Counted from the first letter of the stretch, positions 22,284 to 32,807 are shown. The stretch is DNA of 43,405 bases from a virus (IMGVR_UViG_2563366824_000007); one strand, 5' to 3'. Notes: generated from the letters alone by a model not told the origin. Translations and numbers: made by a program.

Positions 22284-23466
22284 CGGAGGGTTTCGTGGTC
22301 ATGTTCATCGGTGTGAGATAGACATCCCCACCGGGACGCGGATTCATATCTTCCAGGTCGCGGCAGTCATTGGGAGAGTAAATTCCCCAGTTGATCCCGG
22401 TAGCGTAGGCTTCAAAACGGGACTTCATATCCCCGCGCAGTAAGGCCCCGGCGTTAAATTTGGCGTAATAAACGCCCTGCTTACTTTTTCGTACCAGTCC
22501 GGTGTTGATCCGCTGCTCAATGCGGGTCAGATACGGCACCAGTGAATAGTTGATAAATCCCAGCCCCAGCTCTTCGATATTGTTGAAGGTGGCGCGATCG
22601 GTGTTCTGCACCATGTGCAATGGCACACGGAACAGACGACAGATTTCTTCAAGCTGAAACTTGCGGGTTTCCAGGAACTGGCTGTCCTCTGCGTTCAACG
22701 CCATCGACTTCCAGTCCAGCCCCATCTCAAGGATCATCGGGCGGTGAGCATTGCCAAGCCCGGTGTGACGCTCCTCAAAATCTTTCTTCAGACGCTCATA
22801 AGCCTGATCCGACAGCGTCTGCTCTGTACGCAACACACCGGACGTCACCGCACCATTGCTGAACAGTCTGGCCCCGTGCTCTTCGGTCGCCGCTGCCAGC
22901 GATATTGCCTCGCGGGCATAGGCGATGGGATTCAGTCCCACCAGACCGTCCAGCGTCAGCGTGCGCACATGCCAGATATCCTCCTGGGTCAGCACATCCG
23001 TGGAGCCGTCCGGGAATGTGACCTGATAGACCGGCTCCCAGCTACTGTTAAGCTTCGGTACCACACAGCCGGGATCGACGGGCAGCAGTTCAGCCACTTC
23101 GCCAAATGCTTTCACTTTGTAGGCGTAAAAGTTTCCCCGCAGGCACAGACAGGTGACCACCAGCTCCCAGAACTCCTGCGGCGTCATATAGCCATTGGGA
23201 TGCGTGGAGATCAGCTTATGCAGACGTTCGCCAGTGGCTCTCTGCTTCAGGCTGCCGTTCAGGTGATACAGGTTGCAGGGCAACATCCCGACCGACTCCG
23301 CCAGCACCCTGACGCAGGAAAAAACCGCCGTCAGTCGCATGGCCCGCTGGCTGCTGATCTGCTTTCCGGTATAGGTGTCGTAGGACAACCCGATAGCATC
23401 CGCCAGCTCTGCTGGCGTGGTCACCGGTGCGTCACTTTTTCGTTGAAATAATCCCGAAAAGAACAC
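22225..23466 (-). CDS. Portal protein (HK97 family)
   Basis: 413 aa; follows the terminase large subunit; track start is GTG. Confidence 0.88.
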   Translation of the reverse strand: MFFSGLFQRKSDAPVTTPAELADAIGLSYDTYTGKQISSQRAMRLTAVFSCVRVLAESVGMLPCNLYHLNGSLKQRATGERLHKLISTHPNGYMTPQEFWELVVTCLCLRGNFYAYKVKAFGEVAELLPVDPGCVVPKLNSSWEPVYQVTFPDGSTDVLTQEDIWHVRTLTLDGLVGLNPIAYAREAISLAAATEEHGARLFSNGAVTSGVLRTEQTLSDQAYERLKKDFEERHTGLGNAHRPMILEMGLDWKSMALNAEDSQFLETRKFQLEEICRLFRVPLHMVQNTDRATFNNIEELGLGFINYSLVPYLTRIEQRINTGLVRKSKQGVYYAKFNAGALLRGDMKSRFEAYATGINWGIYSPNDCRDLEDMNPRPGGDVYLTPMNMTTKPSDGSKAGKQKDNANADETTS

Positions 23467-23648
23467 TATTTACCTCCGCCGACAGACGACTGTGTACGGT
23501 CGAGATATCGCGCCACCAGCCACGACCAGAACAGGCACAACGCCCCGGCAACAACAAACCCCGCCGGGGGATAAATCAGCCAGGCACCATACGCCAGCAA
23601 AAGCACCCCCAGCACGCCCACCAGAGGCGCGAGAATCAGCATGATCAT
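23466..23648 (-). CDS. Small two-TM membrane protein between terminase and portal
   Basis: 60-aa hydrophobic ORF with GAGGT ribosome-binding site, packed between the TerL stop and the portal start. Confidence 0.45.
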   Translation of the reverse strand: MIMLILAPLVGVLGVLLLAYGAWLIYPPAGFVVAGALCLFWSWLVARYLDRTQSSVGGGK

Positions 23649-23659
23649 AATTACCTCAG

Positions 23660-25393
23660 TTAAAGCGAGCGGATCCCGTAGGACTCAATGTGGTCGGACA
23701 GCGTGTCTTCTTTCTCATACAGCATGGCTCTGCCAACCGCCATAATCAGCGCAACTGCACCATCGATTTTGTTTTCCGCCTGCTCTTTGACGGGCTTCAC
23801 CACATCATCGTTACCCGGAATGGTTTTGCCGACCACGTTGCCGATACACCAGGTCATGATGGGATTGCCATCATGATGAAAGCGCCCCGATTCAATTGCC
23901 GCTTCCAGCTCTTTCATCGGGTCGGACATGTTGGTGTAGTTCTGAATGATGGTGATGGGATTCAGGTCTTCATCAGCAAGGTCATGTGACAGCCCGGTCG
24001 CCCCGAAGGGGTCGATGGGTGACTCGCTGACCGGGCTGATTTTGTTCGCCGCTTTGGCCTCTTCGAGGATGTAGCGATAATCCACCTCTGCACCATCGGT
24101 AACGGTCAGGACGCCCATTTCCACCCATTTCTGAAAGCGTTCGGCTGTCCGGCGATCTTCATTTTTCTCGACGCTGTACACCGTGTCATACGGTACCCAG
24201 AAACGCGGGGCCACACTGTAGTAATGCGTTTTACCGTCAATCTCGCGGGTATAAAGTCGCGCCATGCTGTTCATATCCAGCTTACGGGCCAGGTCAAAGG
24301 CCAGAATGCACGGCTGCCCCTCGAACTGCTCAAGGGTCAGTGATTTATCCTCGCAGCTCTGCCAGCTCACCAGGTTGAAATACGCCGAACGCGCCGACAC
24401 CCAGATATTGAGGTGTTTTGTTTTAAAGACGTTTGCCAGACGGGCGTTATTTTTCGCACGCTGCTGCTGACTTAACAAAAATTCGCGATAAACCGACACG
24501 CCAATATTCGGGTTAGCTTTTTCCAGCACCTGCGGGTCGGTCCAGTCATCGCCTTCGTCAACGGTATAGATAATCCCGAACAGTTCATCGTTGGGTACCG
24601 ACCCGTTGAGCATCTCGATAACTTCCCGTCGCTTGTCGTAGCACGGCCCCTCAATGTTGTACCCGGCAGTAGTAATGGCCCACATCAGTGGCTGACGTCG
24701 CGCCCCCATCCCGGTAAGCATCGTGGTGTAAAGCGCATCGGTGGCGTGCTCGTGATATTCATCCACCACCGCACAGTGGGGTGATGAACCATCACCGGGG
24801 TTACCGATCAGCGGTTCAAACCGCGCGCCATCCTCCGGACGATTCATGTTTGAGGCGTTAACCTCAATCCCGAACGCTTCCGTCAGCATGGGTGTGCGTT
24901 TACACATCAGTCGCGCCGGGCGAAAGACTTCCCACGCCTGTTTCTCTGTCGTGGCACCGGAATACACTTCCGCGCCAAACTCGTTATCACAGGCAAAACA
25001 ATACAGGGCGACACCGGCAGAGATTGCCGATTTGCCGTTCTTACGGGGGATTTCAGTATACACCTCCCGGAAGCGGCGCAGCCGGGAGCCTTTATTGACC
25101 CAGCCAAACGCGCAGCAGATCACAAAGAGCTGCCACGGCTCCAGCGTGATGGGCATCCTCTTGAATGCCCACTCCCCCTTGGTGTGCGGCAACAGCTGAA
25201 TAAATTTCGCGGCCCGTTCAGCCAGGTCCTTGTCGAAGCGGTAACGAAACGACTTACTTTTTTCCGCCATCAGGTCATCAAGATGGCGCTGGCAGGCCTG
25301 AATCACAAACTGGCAGGCCACAATCTTTCCGCGCACAACATCACGGGCATACTGATTGGCAGCATTTACGTTGGGGTAAGATTTCCGGCTCAT
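23660..25393 (-). CDS. Terminase large subunit
   Basis: 577 aa with ATPase-like N-terminal half and nuclease-like C-terminal half; ATGA-coupled to the small subunit. Confidence 0.9.
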   Translation of the reverse strand: MSRKSYPNVNAANQYARDVVRGKIVACQFVIQACQRHLDDLMAEKSKSFRYRFDKDLAERAAKFIQLLPHTKGEWAFKRMPITLEPWQLFVICCAFGWVNKGSRLRRFREVYTEIPRKNGKSAISAGVALYCFACDNEFGAEVYSGATTEKQAWEVFRPARLMCKRTPMLTEAFGIEVNASNMNRPEDGARFEPLIGNPGDGSSPHCAVVDEYHEHATDALYTTMLTGMGARRQPLMWAITTAGYNIEGPCYDKRREVIEMLNGSVPNDELFGIIYTVDEGDDWTDPQVLEKANPNIGVSVYREFLLSQQQRAKNNARLANVFKTKHLNIWVSARSAYFNLVSWQSCEDKSLTLEQFEGQPCILAFDLARKLDMNSMARLYTREIDGKTHYYSVAPRFWVPYDTVYSVEKNEDRRTAERFQKWVEMGVLTVTDGAEVDYRYILEEAKAANKISPVSESPIDPFGATGLSHDLADEDLNPITIIQNYTNMSDPMKELEAAIESGRFHHDGNPIMTWCIGNVVGKTIPGNDDVVKPVKEQAENKIDGAVALIMAVGRAMLYEKEDTLSDHIESYGIRSL

Positions 25394-25884
25394 GACTCGA
25401 TGATTTTCAGAAACGGGTTAGTGGCTTTCTTCTTCCCCGCCAGGCCAATCAGACGCTGGCGGCTGCTGGGGTCGAGTCCGAGCATTGCCCCCGTACTGCT
25501 CATCTCGGACTCCTGTTCTTTTTTGGCGGTCAGCTCCGGATTTTTGACCATACCGCCCATTGCACCGGTGATGGTGTTGCCCTGTCTGGCAATATTTTTC
25601 ACGGCACGTCGCCAGAACTCGTAGGCCACGCACCACCGCTCAAGCACCGCGAGGTCAGTCACGCACAGCAGGCCCTGACCGCAGAGTTCTTTGGTTGTCA
25701 GTTGCCACATGATCGTGGCGAGAGGGAGATCTTCTTCAGCGAACCACTCCGGTGGCTCAACACCTTTGATGGGCGTAAAAACAGGTTCATCTTTATTCAG
25801 GGCTCGCTTGCCGGGGTTTCCGGCCAGCGCCTTGCGCGCCGTTGGCTTGGGGCGACGCCCGGAACGCCCCGCCGTTCCAGCCAT
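25390..25884 (-). CDS. Terminase small subunit (P27-like)
   Basis: Basic N-terminus [14 protein letters not shown]; ATG at 25884 with AGGAG ribosome-binding site preferred over track GTG 25893. Confidence 0.8.
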   Translation of the reverse strand: MAGTAGRSGRRPKPTARKALAGNPGKRALNKDEPVFTPIKGVEPPEWFAEEDLPLATIMWQLTTKELCGQGLLCVTDLAVLERWCVAYEFWRRAVKNIARQGNTITGAMGGMVKNPELTAKKEQESEMSSTGAMLGLDPSSRQRLIGLAGKKKATNPFLKIIES

Positions 25885-26009
25885 ATGCGGCACTCCTGGT
25901 TAAATTTCATTTTTCGCGGGTATAAAAAAACGATGGGGCGGGCAGTCCGGAAGACGTCAGGTCACAGGGATTTGACCCGTCCCTCCCCTCTGGCAGTGGG
26001 AACTGGTTC

Positions 26010-26360
26010 TTACTTCAACCGTTCACGGGCCGTCTTCGCCTTATGACACGGCCAGCACAGGCTCTGCAGATTGCTGTCGGCATCAGTGCCGCCATGCGCT
26101 TTAGGGATGATGTGGTCAACGGTTTTCGCCTCACGTACCACACCACCACGCAGACATAACTGACACAGTCCTTTGTCACGCTTGAGCACACGTTCACGGA
26201 TAACATCCCATTTCGAACCATAACCGCGCTGGTGTCTGGACTGGCCCGGCTTGTATTGCTTCCAGCCTTCACTTTTGTGGCTTTCGCAATAGCCTGACGG
26301 GTCAGTTGTGGTATGGCGGCAGCCGCGAACACGGCAGGCTTTTGGGGTTCGTGGTGGCAT
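26010..26360 (-). CDS. HNH endonuclease (packaging-associated)
   Basis: Cys/His-rich HNH motifs (CxxC ... DHIIPKAHGG ... CWPCH); ATG at 26360 with GGAG ribosome-binding site preferred over track start 26429. Confidence 0.82.
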   Translation of the reverse strand: MPPRTPKACRVRGCRHTTTDPSGYCESHKSEGWKQYKPGQSRHQRGYGSKWDVIRERVLKRDKGLCQLCLRGGVVREAKTVDHIIPKAHGGTDADSNLQSLCWPCHKAKTARERLK

Positions 26361-26425
26361 GCTGGCTCCAATAAAAAGCCCCGCGACGCGAGGCTTAGAC
26401 AGAAAAAACACCGGATAAGATCTGG

Positions 26426-26629
26426 TCATTCTTCCTTTTTAATAATGACTTCTCGAGGGCGCAATTGTTGGATAGCACGACAAATACAATATGGAATAAC
26501 TGCCCATGCTACTCCCATTGCTGCACCTGCAGCCTGTTGTGGAGCACTCTGAGCACCGAAAACCCCGAGGATTCCTTCAATAAATCCAATAGCACTACAC
26601 AAAAGACTGATGACCCAGAGAATTTTCAT
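26426..26629 (-). CDS. Small membrane protein of unknown function
   Basis: 67-aa ORF with ATG start, two hydrophobic segments and a charged C-terminus; AT-rich. Confidence 0.4.
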   Translation of the reverse strand: MKILWVISLLCSAIGFIEGILGVFGAQSAPQQAAGAAMGVAWAVIPYCICRAIQQLRPREVIIKKEE

Positions 26630-26746
26630 AAACCCAAACTCCTTTTAAATAAACACATTACTAGGATAATTCTCATAAAATGTTAGTAAAGTATTTTCAG
26701 GAAAATAGCGTATCACTGCCTATTTTTGACACTGATGCTGGGATAA

Positions 26747-27121
26747 TTATTCCGATCGCTGGAGTTGCTCATGATGATACAGAGCGAGAATCAGGTCATA
26801 AGACCCTTGCCTGTCTTTGTAACCAGTTTTATCAACCAATTCAGCTTTACTGATTCCGGGTAAATCAAGAATCAGATTCGCAACTTCAATTGCCCTTTGG
26901 TACAACTTACCGCCTTTTTTCTCCCCATGCAGTGGTTTTACATTCTTCAGGTAACCGCTATCCGCCAGGGCGAGAAATGTTGCCCTTGGGCATATCTTCT
27001 TTCTTGACGATTCGCTTTCTGTAACCTCTGCGATAGCTGCATCCCATGCATCACGAGGAGTCATTGAGCTATCAGCCACCAAATGATAAGCGATTAAAGC
27101 AACGTGAGCGTATTGAGACAT
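26747..27121 (-). CDS. Hypothetical protein between the lysis and packaging modules
   Basis: ATG at 27121 (MSQYAHVALIAYHL...) in frame with the longer track ORF that starts at GTG 27172; AT-rich; no recognised family. Confidence 0.5.
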   Translation of the reverse strand: MSQYAHVALIAYHLVADSSMTPRDAWDAAIAEVTESESSRKKICPRATFLALADSGYLKNVKPLHGEKKGGKLYQRAIEVANLILDLPGISKAELVDKTGYKDRQGSYDLILALYHHEQLQRSE

Positions 27122-27159
27122 AATGCATCCATATACAAAAATCTTATGATAAGACTTTT

Positions 27160-27603
27160 CTAATATGAACACTGTGATCTCACATATTCTTGCAGGCCAT
27201 TCAATTGGTTAGTTATGGTTTCGATGCGCTCTCTGAGAACGAAATAATCCCGTTGAGCGGTGTCAGTAAGTCTGGGGCTGGAAGCATCATCCACGCCGGA
27301 GGCGGCGGTGGTTTTATGCTTGTCCGGACAGACTGCTTTGACGTGCAGCCACTTACGACCAGCAGAAACATCAGCACGAAGACTTTCGATAGTCGCGTTA
27401 GCATCAGCAAGCTCCTTTGTGTATCTGGCGTCGAGTTCAGCTACATCATGTTGACGCTTCTGCATGTCAGCGATGATGGATGTGGCTTTGTCGCGCTGTT
27501 CTTTGTAGGTCATGGCGTTATCACGGTAATGATTAACAGCCCATGACAGGCAGACGATGATGCTGATAACCAGAGCGGAGATAATCGCGGTTACTCTACT
27601 CAT
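27160..27603 (-). CDS. Rz-like i-spanin
   Basis: N-terminal TM anchor followed by coiled-coil periplasmic domain; ATG 27603 overlaps the endolysin stop (ATGA); contains the embedded Rz1 frame. Confidence 0.75.
   Translation of the reverse strand: MSRVTAIISALVISIIVCLSWAVNHYRDNAMTYKEQRDKATSIIADMQKRQHDVAELDARYTKELADANATIESLRADVSAGRKWLHVKAVCPDKHKTTAASGVDDASSPRLTDTAQRDYFVLRERIETITNQLNGLQEYVRSQCSY
27213..27404 (-). CDS. Rz1-like o-spanin (lipoprotein, embedded in Rz)
   Basis: +1-frame ORF inside Rz; [20 protein letters not shown] lipobox signal and proline-rich mature part (PPPPPAW). Confidence 0.7.
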   Translation of the reverse strand: MLTRLSKVFVLMFLLVVSGCTSKQSVRTSIKPPPPPAWMMLPAPDLLTPLNGIISFSESASKP

Positions 27604-28097
27604 TGTTGCCCCCACAAACAGACTTCACGCTCAATCTCACGGCGAGTCATCAGCCCTTTCCATTGCTTACCGCCAGCGTATGTCCAGCGCCGTAGCTGAT
27701 CACATGCGCCTTTGATATCGCCCTGGTTTATTTTGCGAAGAAGTGTCGATGTTCTGAAATTTCCAGCACCAACGTTGTAAACGAACGAGTAAAGAGCGCC
27801 GCGCGTTGTTTCCGGTATATCGACTTTGATGTACGGGTTAATTTGTCTGGCGACAGTGGCAAGGTCTTTATTCAGGAGGGCTTTGCATTCTGCTTCGGTA
27901 TACGTTTTACCGAGCATAATGTCTTTTCCGGTATGCCCGTAACATACAGTCCATACACCAACGATATCTTTATATGGTATGTAGCTGACGCCTTCCAGAC
28001 CATCGTTACCACTTGGGCCAGTGATTAACACAGATGCTATAGCAATAGCCCCGCCACCAATAGCCGCAGCAACGGCTTTTCGTAATGATGGAGGCAT
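27600..28097 (-). CDS. SAR endolysin (phage-21 R-like lysozyme)
   Basis: 165 aa; N-terminal weakly hydrophobic Gly/Ala-rich signal-anchor-release domain followed by a lysozyme-like region (E-D-T motif area); directly follows the pinholin. Confidence 0.85.
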   Translation of the reverse strand: MPPSLRKAVAAAIGGGAIAIASVLITGPSGNDGLEGVSYIPYKDIVGVWTVCYGHTGKDIMLGKTYTEAECKALLNKDLATVARQINPYIKVDIPETTRGALYSFVYNVGAGNFRTSTLLRKINQGDIKGACDQLRRWTYAGGKQWKGLMTRREIEREVCLWGQQ

Positions 28098-28312
28098 TAT
28101 TCACCTCTCGCAGCCTTGCGCTTATCTTCTTTAATCTTGAAATAAAGGTTTGTCAGGTACGTCAGCAGGCCAAATACCAGGCTACCCAGCACACCTATTG
28201 CTGCCCACTGTGAGGGCGTGACTTTATCGAGCAGCTGTAAAAACCAGTAGCCAGCACTGCCTGCGGAGGTGCCGTAGGCAATGCCCGTTGTTAACTTATC
28301 CATAGATTTCAT
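28097..28312 (-). CDS. Pinholin (phage-21 S-like class II holin)
   Basis: 71 aa [26 protein letters not shown]... with two TM domains, dual-start motif (Met1/Met4) and C-terminal KAARGE. Confidence 0.85.
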   Translation of the reverse strand: MKSMDKLTTGIAYGTSAGSAGYWFLQLLDKVTPSQWAAIGVLGSLVFGLLTYLTNLYFKIKEDKRKAARGE

Positions 28313-28500
28313 AGCCTCACCTCCGCAAATAACGGATGGTGTACACGGTTCGGAACGAAGAGGAAAGGTATAGAAGTTACATTAGCGTAAGGCTTGAACA
28401 TCTATTCAAAAAGAAAAACGCCAGCGATTATTCTGGCGTAGCTGAAAGCATCATACAATTATCAAATACGAAAATTACAAAATCATTAAAACGCATCACG

Positions 28501-29232
28501 TTACATCATGTCTTTTTCTAAAAAAAATCTTGATGAATATTGATGGGGAGGAACACCAAAATATCTTCTGAAAACACTCACAAAATATGACGTGTTTTCA
28601 TAACCGCATATCTCAGCAACTTTTCCAACAGAATATAAATTGTAACTTAATAACCTTTCCGCCATCACCATTCGCTCTTCAAGAATTAACTTACTAAATG
28701 ATAAGCCTTCGTGCTTTAATTTTCTTTTTAACAGACTTTCACTCAGATACAGTCTTGAAGATATATCACAAAGTCTCCATGCTGCAGATATATCCGTGTG
28801 AATAATAGCCTTAACTTTACTTCCTAAACTATTAAGACATCCAAATAAAAAACTTTGCACTATTTTCTCTGAAGATAAGATAGCAAGACATGCAAGTGAT
28901 ATTTGATTTCTAACAAAATCCACAGTTCTGCCATCACAATTCAAGCATGCAATCAAGTTCTTTAACAATGAAAAATCTTCACATTCCACCATCAAGTATG
29001 CCGGATAAAACCTTCTTACAGAAAAAGGTGAGAGTGTGTTGCTTTTAAAGAAATCATTAACTGTTTTCTCTTCAACATCTACGATCATTACATGATCTAT
29101 ATTTGATGAAAAAAAATCTTTTAAATTGTAATCAATGAGAACAGCACTTCCTTTTTTAAACAAAATATCTTCTTTACCAATTCGGACATCAAACGAGTTC
29201 AACACCAAAATGATAGAACATATGTATGGCAT
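28501..29232 (-). CDS. AraC/XylS-family transcriptional regulator
   Basis: C-terminal AraC-type HTH (...GKVAEICGYENTSYFVSVFRRYFGVPP...); very AT-rich; ATG at 29232 with AGGTGG ribosome-binding site preferred over track GTG 29241. Confidence 0.8.
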   Translation of the reverse strand: MPYICSIILVLNSFDVRIGKEDILFKKGSAVLIDYNLKDFFSSNIDHVMIVDVEEKTVNDFFKSNTLSPFSVRRFYPAYLMVECEDFSLLKNLIACLNCDGRTVDFVRNQISLACLAILSSEKIVQSFLFGCLNSLGSKVKAIIHTDISAAWRLCDISSRLYLSESLLKRKLKHEGLSFSKLILEERMVMAERLLSYNLYSVGKVAEICGYENTSYFVSVFRRYFGVPPHQYSSRFFLEKDMM

Positions 29233-29583
29233 ATTATCCACCTGATATCATTGGGGTTACACCAGGTAAGTATAGGTGGAAAATCAATATTCGCCAGTTC
29301 AACAATAAGGAAAATTTCATTGCATCACAAGTATAAAATTATGTATTTAACTCACAAAGACAAATTATTAAACCAATCTGTTATATTATATATAGCTGCG
29401 TGGAATCATAATATTATATATTTTGACTGGCATGTTTACCAACTTTAAGTTGCATCTCAATTGTTTCTTCAGCGTAAACAGAGTTTTTATACAAACTGAC
29501 ACTCTGGGTATCATAGTGTAGTTTTTACGATTGTAAATATCCTGCATGCAGGAACTCATCCTTTTGGATGATATCGCATACAA

Positions 29584-30543
29584 TTAATTTACCATCAGTC
29601 TTAGAGCCAGTTCGTCCGGATAGGGATCGAAGTAATTCTGTGTAAGCAAGTAATCATTAGGATACTCACCCAGATAATGCTTCAGCAGAGTCAACGGCGC
29701 AAGAAGAGGTAATGTGCCAGAACGATAGTTAAGTATAACCTCGCTCAACTCTTTACGCTGGCGTGTACTTAAGTAGTTACTAAAATACCCCTGTATATGC
29801 ATCAGCACATTCGTGTGATTTTTACGTGATGCAGGTTTTCTGAGAATCGCCATCAGCTTATCACGATACACCTCAAAGTATGATTCAAGGTCCGCCCACT
29901 CGTGTATTGCAGCCACAAATGGTCCCATATCTTTATAGCCTGCCTGACTATGCGCCAACAACTGAAGCTTATAACGACTATGAAAAGCTAATAACTCTCT
30001 TCTTGATAATTTCTCCTTGTAAAGGTGATTGAGCTCATGCAAAGCAAAAACTCTTTCAACAAAATTCTCACGAAGCACTGGATCATGTAATCGCCCATCC
30101 TCTTCAACCGGTAGCCAGGAAAACTTTTCCATCAAAGTACTCGTAAATAGTCCCACTCCATCTTTACGACCTCGATTACCATTTTCATCATAGACACGCA
30201 CGCGCTCCATGCCACAGCTGGGAGATTTAGCACAAACCACAACCCCCGATACATCCTTTAATTTGTCCATATAAGAACGACTAAACTCTGTCATTCTCTC
30301 TGTCACATCCTCATTCTGGTCGTGGCTGAAACACATCCGTATATTTCCTTGCGTCGAGCGCACAAGACGTAGAGCAGGACGCGGAACTGGCAGCCCTATA
30401 GCCATTTCCGGACATACTGGTCTGAATGTTACCCATTCCACTAATTTGTCCATTAAAAAGTCAGCTCTTTTGTGACCACCATCAAAACGAACAGCAGAAC
30501 CGGCCAAACAACCGCTGATTCCAATCACAGGTTTTTTTATCAT
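29584..30543 (-). CDS. DUF523 (TudS-like) - DUF1722 (YbgA-like) fusion protein
   Basis: 319 aa; N-terminal Cys-containing motifs (GISGCL ... CPE ... CAKSPSCG) consistent with a TudS-type Fe-S domain, YbgA-like C-terminal half; GGGGGAG ribosome-binding site. Confidence 0.65.
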   Translation of the reverse strand: MIKKPVIGISGCLAGSAVRFDGGHKRADFLMDKLVEWVTFRPVCPEMAIGLPVPRPALRLVRSTQGNIRMCFSHDQNEDVTERMTEFSRSYMDKLKDVSGVVVCAKSPSCGMERVRVYDENGNRGRKDGVGLFTSTLMEKFSWLPVEEDGRLHDPVLRENFVERVFALHELNHLYKEKLSRRELLAFHSRYKLQLLAHSQAGYKDMGPFVAAIHEWADLESYFEVYRDKLMAILRKPASRKNHTNVLMHIQGYFSNYLSTRQRKELSEVILNYRSGTLPLLAPLTLLKHYLGEYPNDYLLTQNYFDPYPDELALRLMVN

Positions 30544-30735
30544 ATTCTCCCCCTTGACTAATTCATTAACACATAAACTGTGTAGTGCACGGAATAAATT
30601 GCCTTTCTGGCGTCATCACTGACAATTTTTCTGTTATGGACTATTCCTAATATAGTATGAAAGTTCTTTAAGTGATCGGTCGTAATCATCTATCTTTCAT
30701 ACTTACTCTCAACTATCAAAAGTACAGGATTTATT

Positions 30736-31260
30736 ATGAAGTTATGGCCTGTGTTGACTGGCATTGCACTCTCTTTCACTCTTATAGCATGTAAGGCCCC
30801 GACACCACCTAAAGGTGTGCAGCCGATTACAAATTTTGACGCCAACCGCTACCTCGGAAAATGGTATGAAATAGCTCGCCTCGAGAACCGGTTCGAACGT
30901 GATCTGGAACAGGTCAGCGCTACTTATGGAAAACGGAACGACGGAGGGATTCGTGTACTTAACCGTGGATACGATCCAACGAAAAATAAATGGAGCGAGA
31001 GCGAAGGTAAAGCATACTTTACTGGAGATACTAAAACTGCAGCATTGAAGGTTTCGTTTTTTGGCCCCTTCTATGGTGGCTATAATGTAATCAAACTGGA
31101 TGATGAGTATAAGTATGCTCTTGTCAGTGGTCCGAACAGAGAATACCTATGGATTCTGGCAAGGACCCCAACTATTCCAGATAAAGTAAAAGCAGACTAT
31201 GTGCGAACCGCTCAAAAGTTGGGATTCAATGTCAATGAATTATTATGGGTTAAACAATAA
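30736..31260 (+). CDS. blc: Outer-membrane lipocalin Blc paralog
   Basis: 174 aa; lipoprotein signal (LIAC) and lipocalin motifs (NFDANRYLGKWYEIARLENRFER ... FFGPFYGGYNVI ... YLWILAR) closely resembling E. coli Blc. Confidence 0.85.
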   Translation: MKLWPVLTGIALSFTLIACKAPTPPKGVQPITNFDANRYLGKWYEIARLENRFERDLEQVSATYGKRNDGGIRVLNRGYDPTKNKWSESEGKAYFTGDTKTAALKVSFFGPFYGGYNVIKLDDEYKYALVSGPNREYLWILARTPTIPDKVKADYVRTAQKLGFNVNELLWVKQ

Positions 31261-31288
31261 AATCCCTACCCGAAATAATACTTATTAG

Positions 31289-31315
31289 AAAAAAACCAGC
31301 CTTTGGGGAGGCTGG
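31289..31315 (-). terminator. tR'-like intrinsic terminator downstream of the late promoter
   Basis: Minus-strand hairpin CCAGCC-loop-GGCTGG followed by a 7-U run; about 60 nt downstream of the putative late start. Confidence 0.55.
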
Positions 31316-31374
31316 CTAAATCAGGAAACAAGCTGTTATATGGTAATAACTACGTTGCGATTCCAACATTTAAA

Positions 31375-31403
31375 ATGTTAGACTAATGACAATCAGACAG
31401 CAA
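31375..31403 (-). promoter_or_regulatory. Putative Q-dependent late promoter (PR'-like)
   Basis: Minus-strand TTGCTG -17 nt- TAACAT beginning 13 nt after the Q stop codon. Confidence 0.4.
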
Positions 31404-31415
31404 CTTTTCCTTTAA

Positions 31416-31793
31416 TTATTTCGAACAATCAGCATCCATCTCCAATCGGAGATCCAACACCATCAGCATACCCTCCACTACGCCCTCAGCTTTCTGGAGC
31501 ATCCTGCCAACCCAACAATCAGATCGCCCATGCTTACGTGCAAGCGCCATAAAAGTCATGCCGCCGACATAATAGTCCACCAATAAATCATGCAAATCGC
31601 TGTTGTTCTTTTTCAGACGGGCCATGCACCCGCAAATGATCATCGCGTCATCGTCACAACATTGTGGGCGAGATTTTACTTTTGAAGGAATTAATCCCTT
31701 AAAACCGGCGGCAATGGACGACCAGGTCACATCTTCATGATTATTAGCCGCCCACGCTCCCCAACGCTCAAGAACCATCTGAATATCACGCAT
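31416..31793 (-). CDS. Antitermination protein Q (QuuD-like)
   Basis: [33 protein letters not shown]... with Cys cluster ([12 protein letters not shown]), recognised as DLP12 QuuD-type Q; ATG 31793 preferred over track TTG 31808. Confidence 0.75.
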   Translation of the reverse strand: MRDIQMVLERWGAWAANNHEDVTWSSIAAGFKGLIPSKVKSRPQCCDDDAMIICGCMARLKKNNSDLHDLLVDYYVGGMTFMALARKHGRSDCWVGRMLQKAEGVVEGMLMVLDLRLEMDADCSK

Positions 31794-31810
31794 CAACTTT
31801 CTCCACAAAA

Positions 31811-32806
31811 TCAGGCCAGCACGCCAGTTGCCAGCGCACGATCGATAAAACGAAATATCAACTCCAGCTGGGAGCCATACTTCTCTTCAAATGCCGCGGT
31901 ATCCGCATGCAGCTCGTCGTGATGCTTTCTGCACAAAGGCAATACAAAGAGGTCATGCGCTTTTGTACCCATTCCGCCCTGACCGTGGCCTATCAGGTGG
32001 TGGGGATCATCAGCAGGCTTTCCACAACATGCACACGGCTGTGTCTTAACCCAGCGCGTGTACTTTTCGTTAACCCAGCGGCGACGTTTTGGGCGTAACA
32101 TAAAAGACTCCGGCGACTCCGGATCCACTTTCAGCGCCAGCACCTTTTTCACTTTATCCTGGATGATGCTGGTGGCAGGAACCGAAGGAACAAGGTCACT
32201 TTCCCGGGTGACAGACGGCACAACAGGCTTCGGTAATCTCAGTGCCTTACGGGCTGCACTTTCCGGCAAGGCTCCCGCCAGGTCATTACGAACCAGCCAC
32301 CAGCACAGTTCCGGCATTGTCACAACGTGACTGTCATCAAAACCGAGATCCCGACGCACAACAGACAACACCCAGCGGGCACAGTTATCCGTTGCCATTG
32401 ATTCCAGCCGTTCCGTGAACTGATCGCGCAGCTGGTTATCACAGTGCCAGCACAGACGGATTGCACCCGGCGCGTGTCGCATTGTGGTCATGTTCTCGCT
32501 GTGCCAGTCGGAATGAGGCCACTGGCAGCCTTTTTCACGAAGTAACCAGCTTTCAAGACATTCCACGCCACCAGCACGACGGATCACTGCCTCATTGCGG
32601 AACACGGCCCGAACGGCAGGATCATCCGCCAGCGGTTGTGATACCGCCGGAACGGCACCACTGGCGAAAGATGAATAACGCTCCGGCTCAGGCTCCAGCA
32701 GGACACGCCCCTGCATAAACAGGGGCATCAGCTCTGAACCGGGTCTGAACAATACGATCCCCATACGCGGGGCAATTTCAGGGGTCAGTAGTGCTCTCAC
32801 GGTCAC
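31811..32806 (-). CDS. DUF968-like protein with C-terminal Cys/His cluster (putative nuclease)
   Basis: 331 aa; C-terminal CxxC ... HHLIGHG ... CRKHH motif; start uncertain (track GTG 32806, in-frame ATG 32764). Confidence 0.6.
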   Translation of the reverse strand: MTVRALLTPEIAPRMGIVLFRPGSELMPLFMQGRVLLEPEPERYSSFASGAVPAVSQPLADDPAVRAVFRNEAVIRRAGGVECLESWLLREKGCQWPHSDWHSENMTTMRHAPGAIRLCWHCDNQLRDQFTERLESMATDNCARWVLSVVRRDLGFDDSHVVTMPELCWWLVRNDLAGALPESAARKALRLPKPVVPSVTRESDLVPSVPATSIIQDKVKKVLALKVDPESPESFMLRPKRRRWVNEKYTRWVKTQPCACCGKPADDPHHLIGHGQGGMGTKAHDLFVLPLCRKHHDELHADTAAFEEKYGSQLELIFRFIDRALATGVLA

Positions 32807-32807
32807 C

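Noticed and set aside
22615-23451. 278-aa plus-strand ORF, along with many other 60-160 aa ORFs antisense to tail and head genes (for example 8652..9110, 10840..11337, 15711..16127)
   Set aside because: They lie wholly inside well-supported minus-strand structural genes in GC-rich DNA and are Arg/Pro/His-rich; typical shadow ORFs
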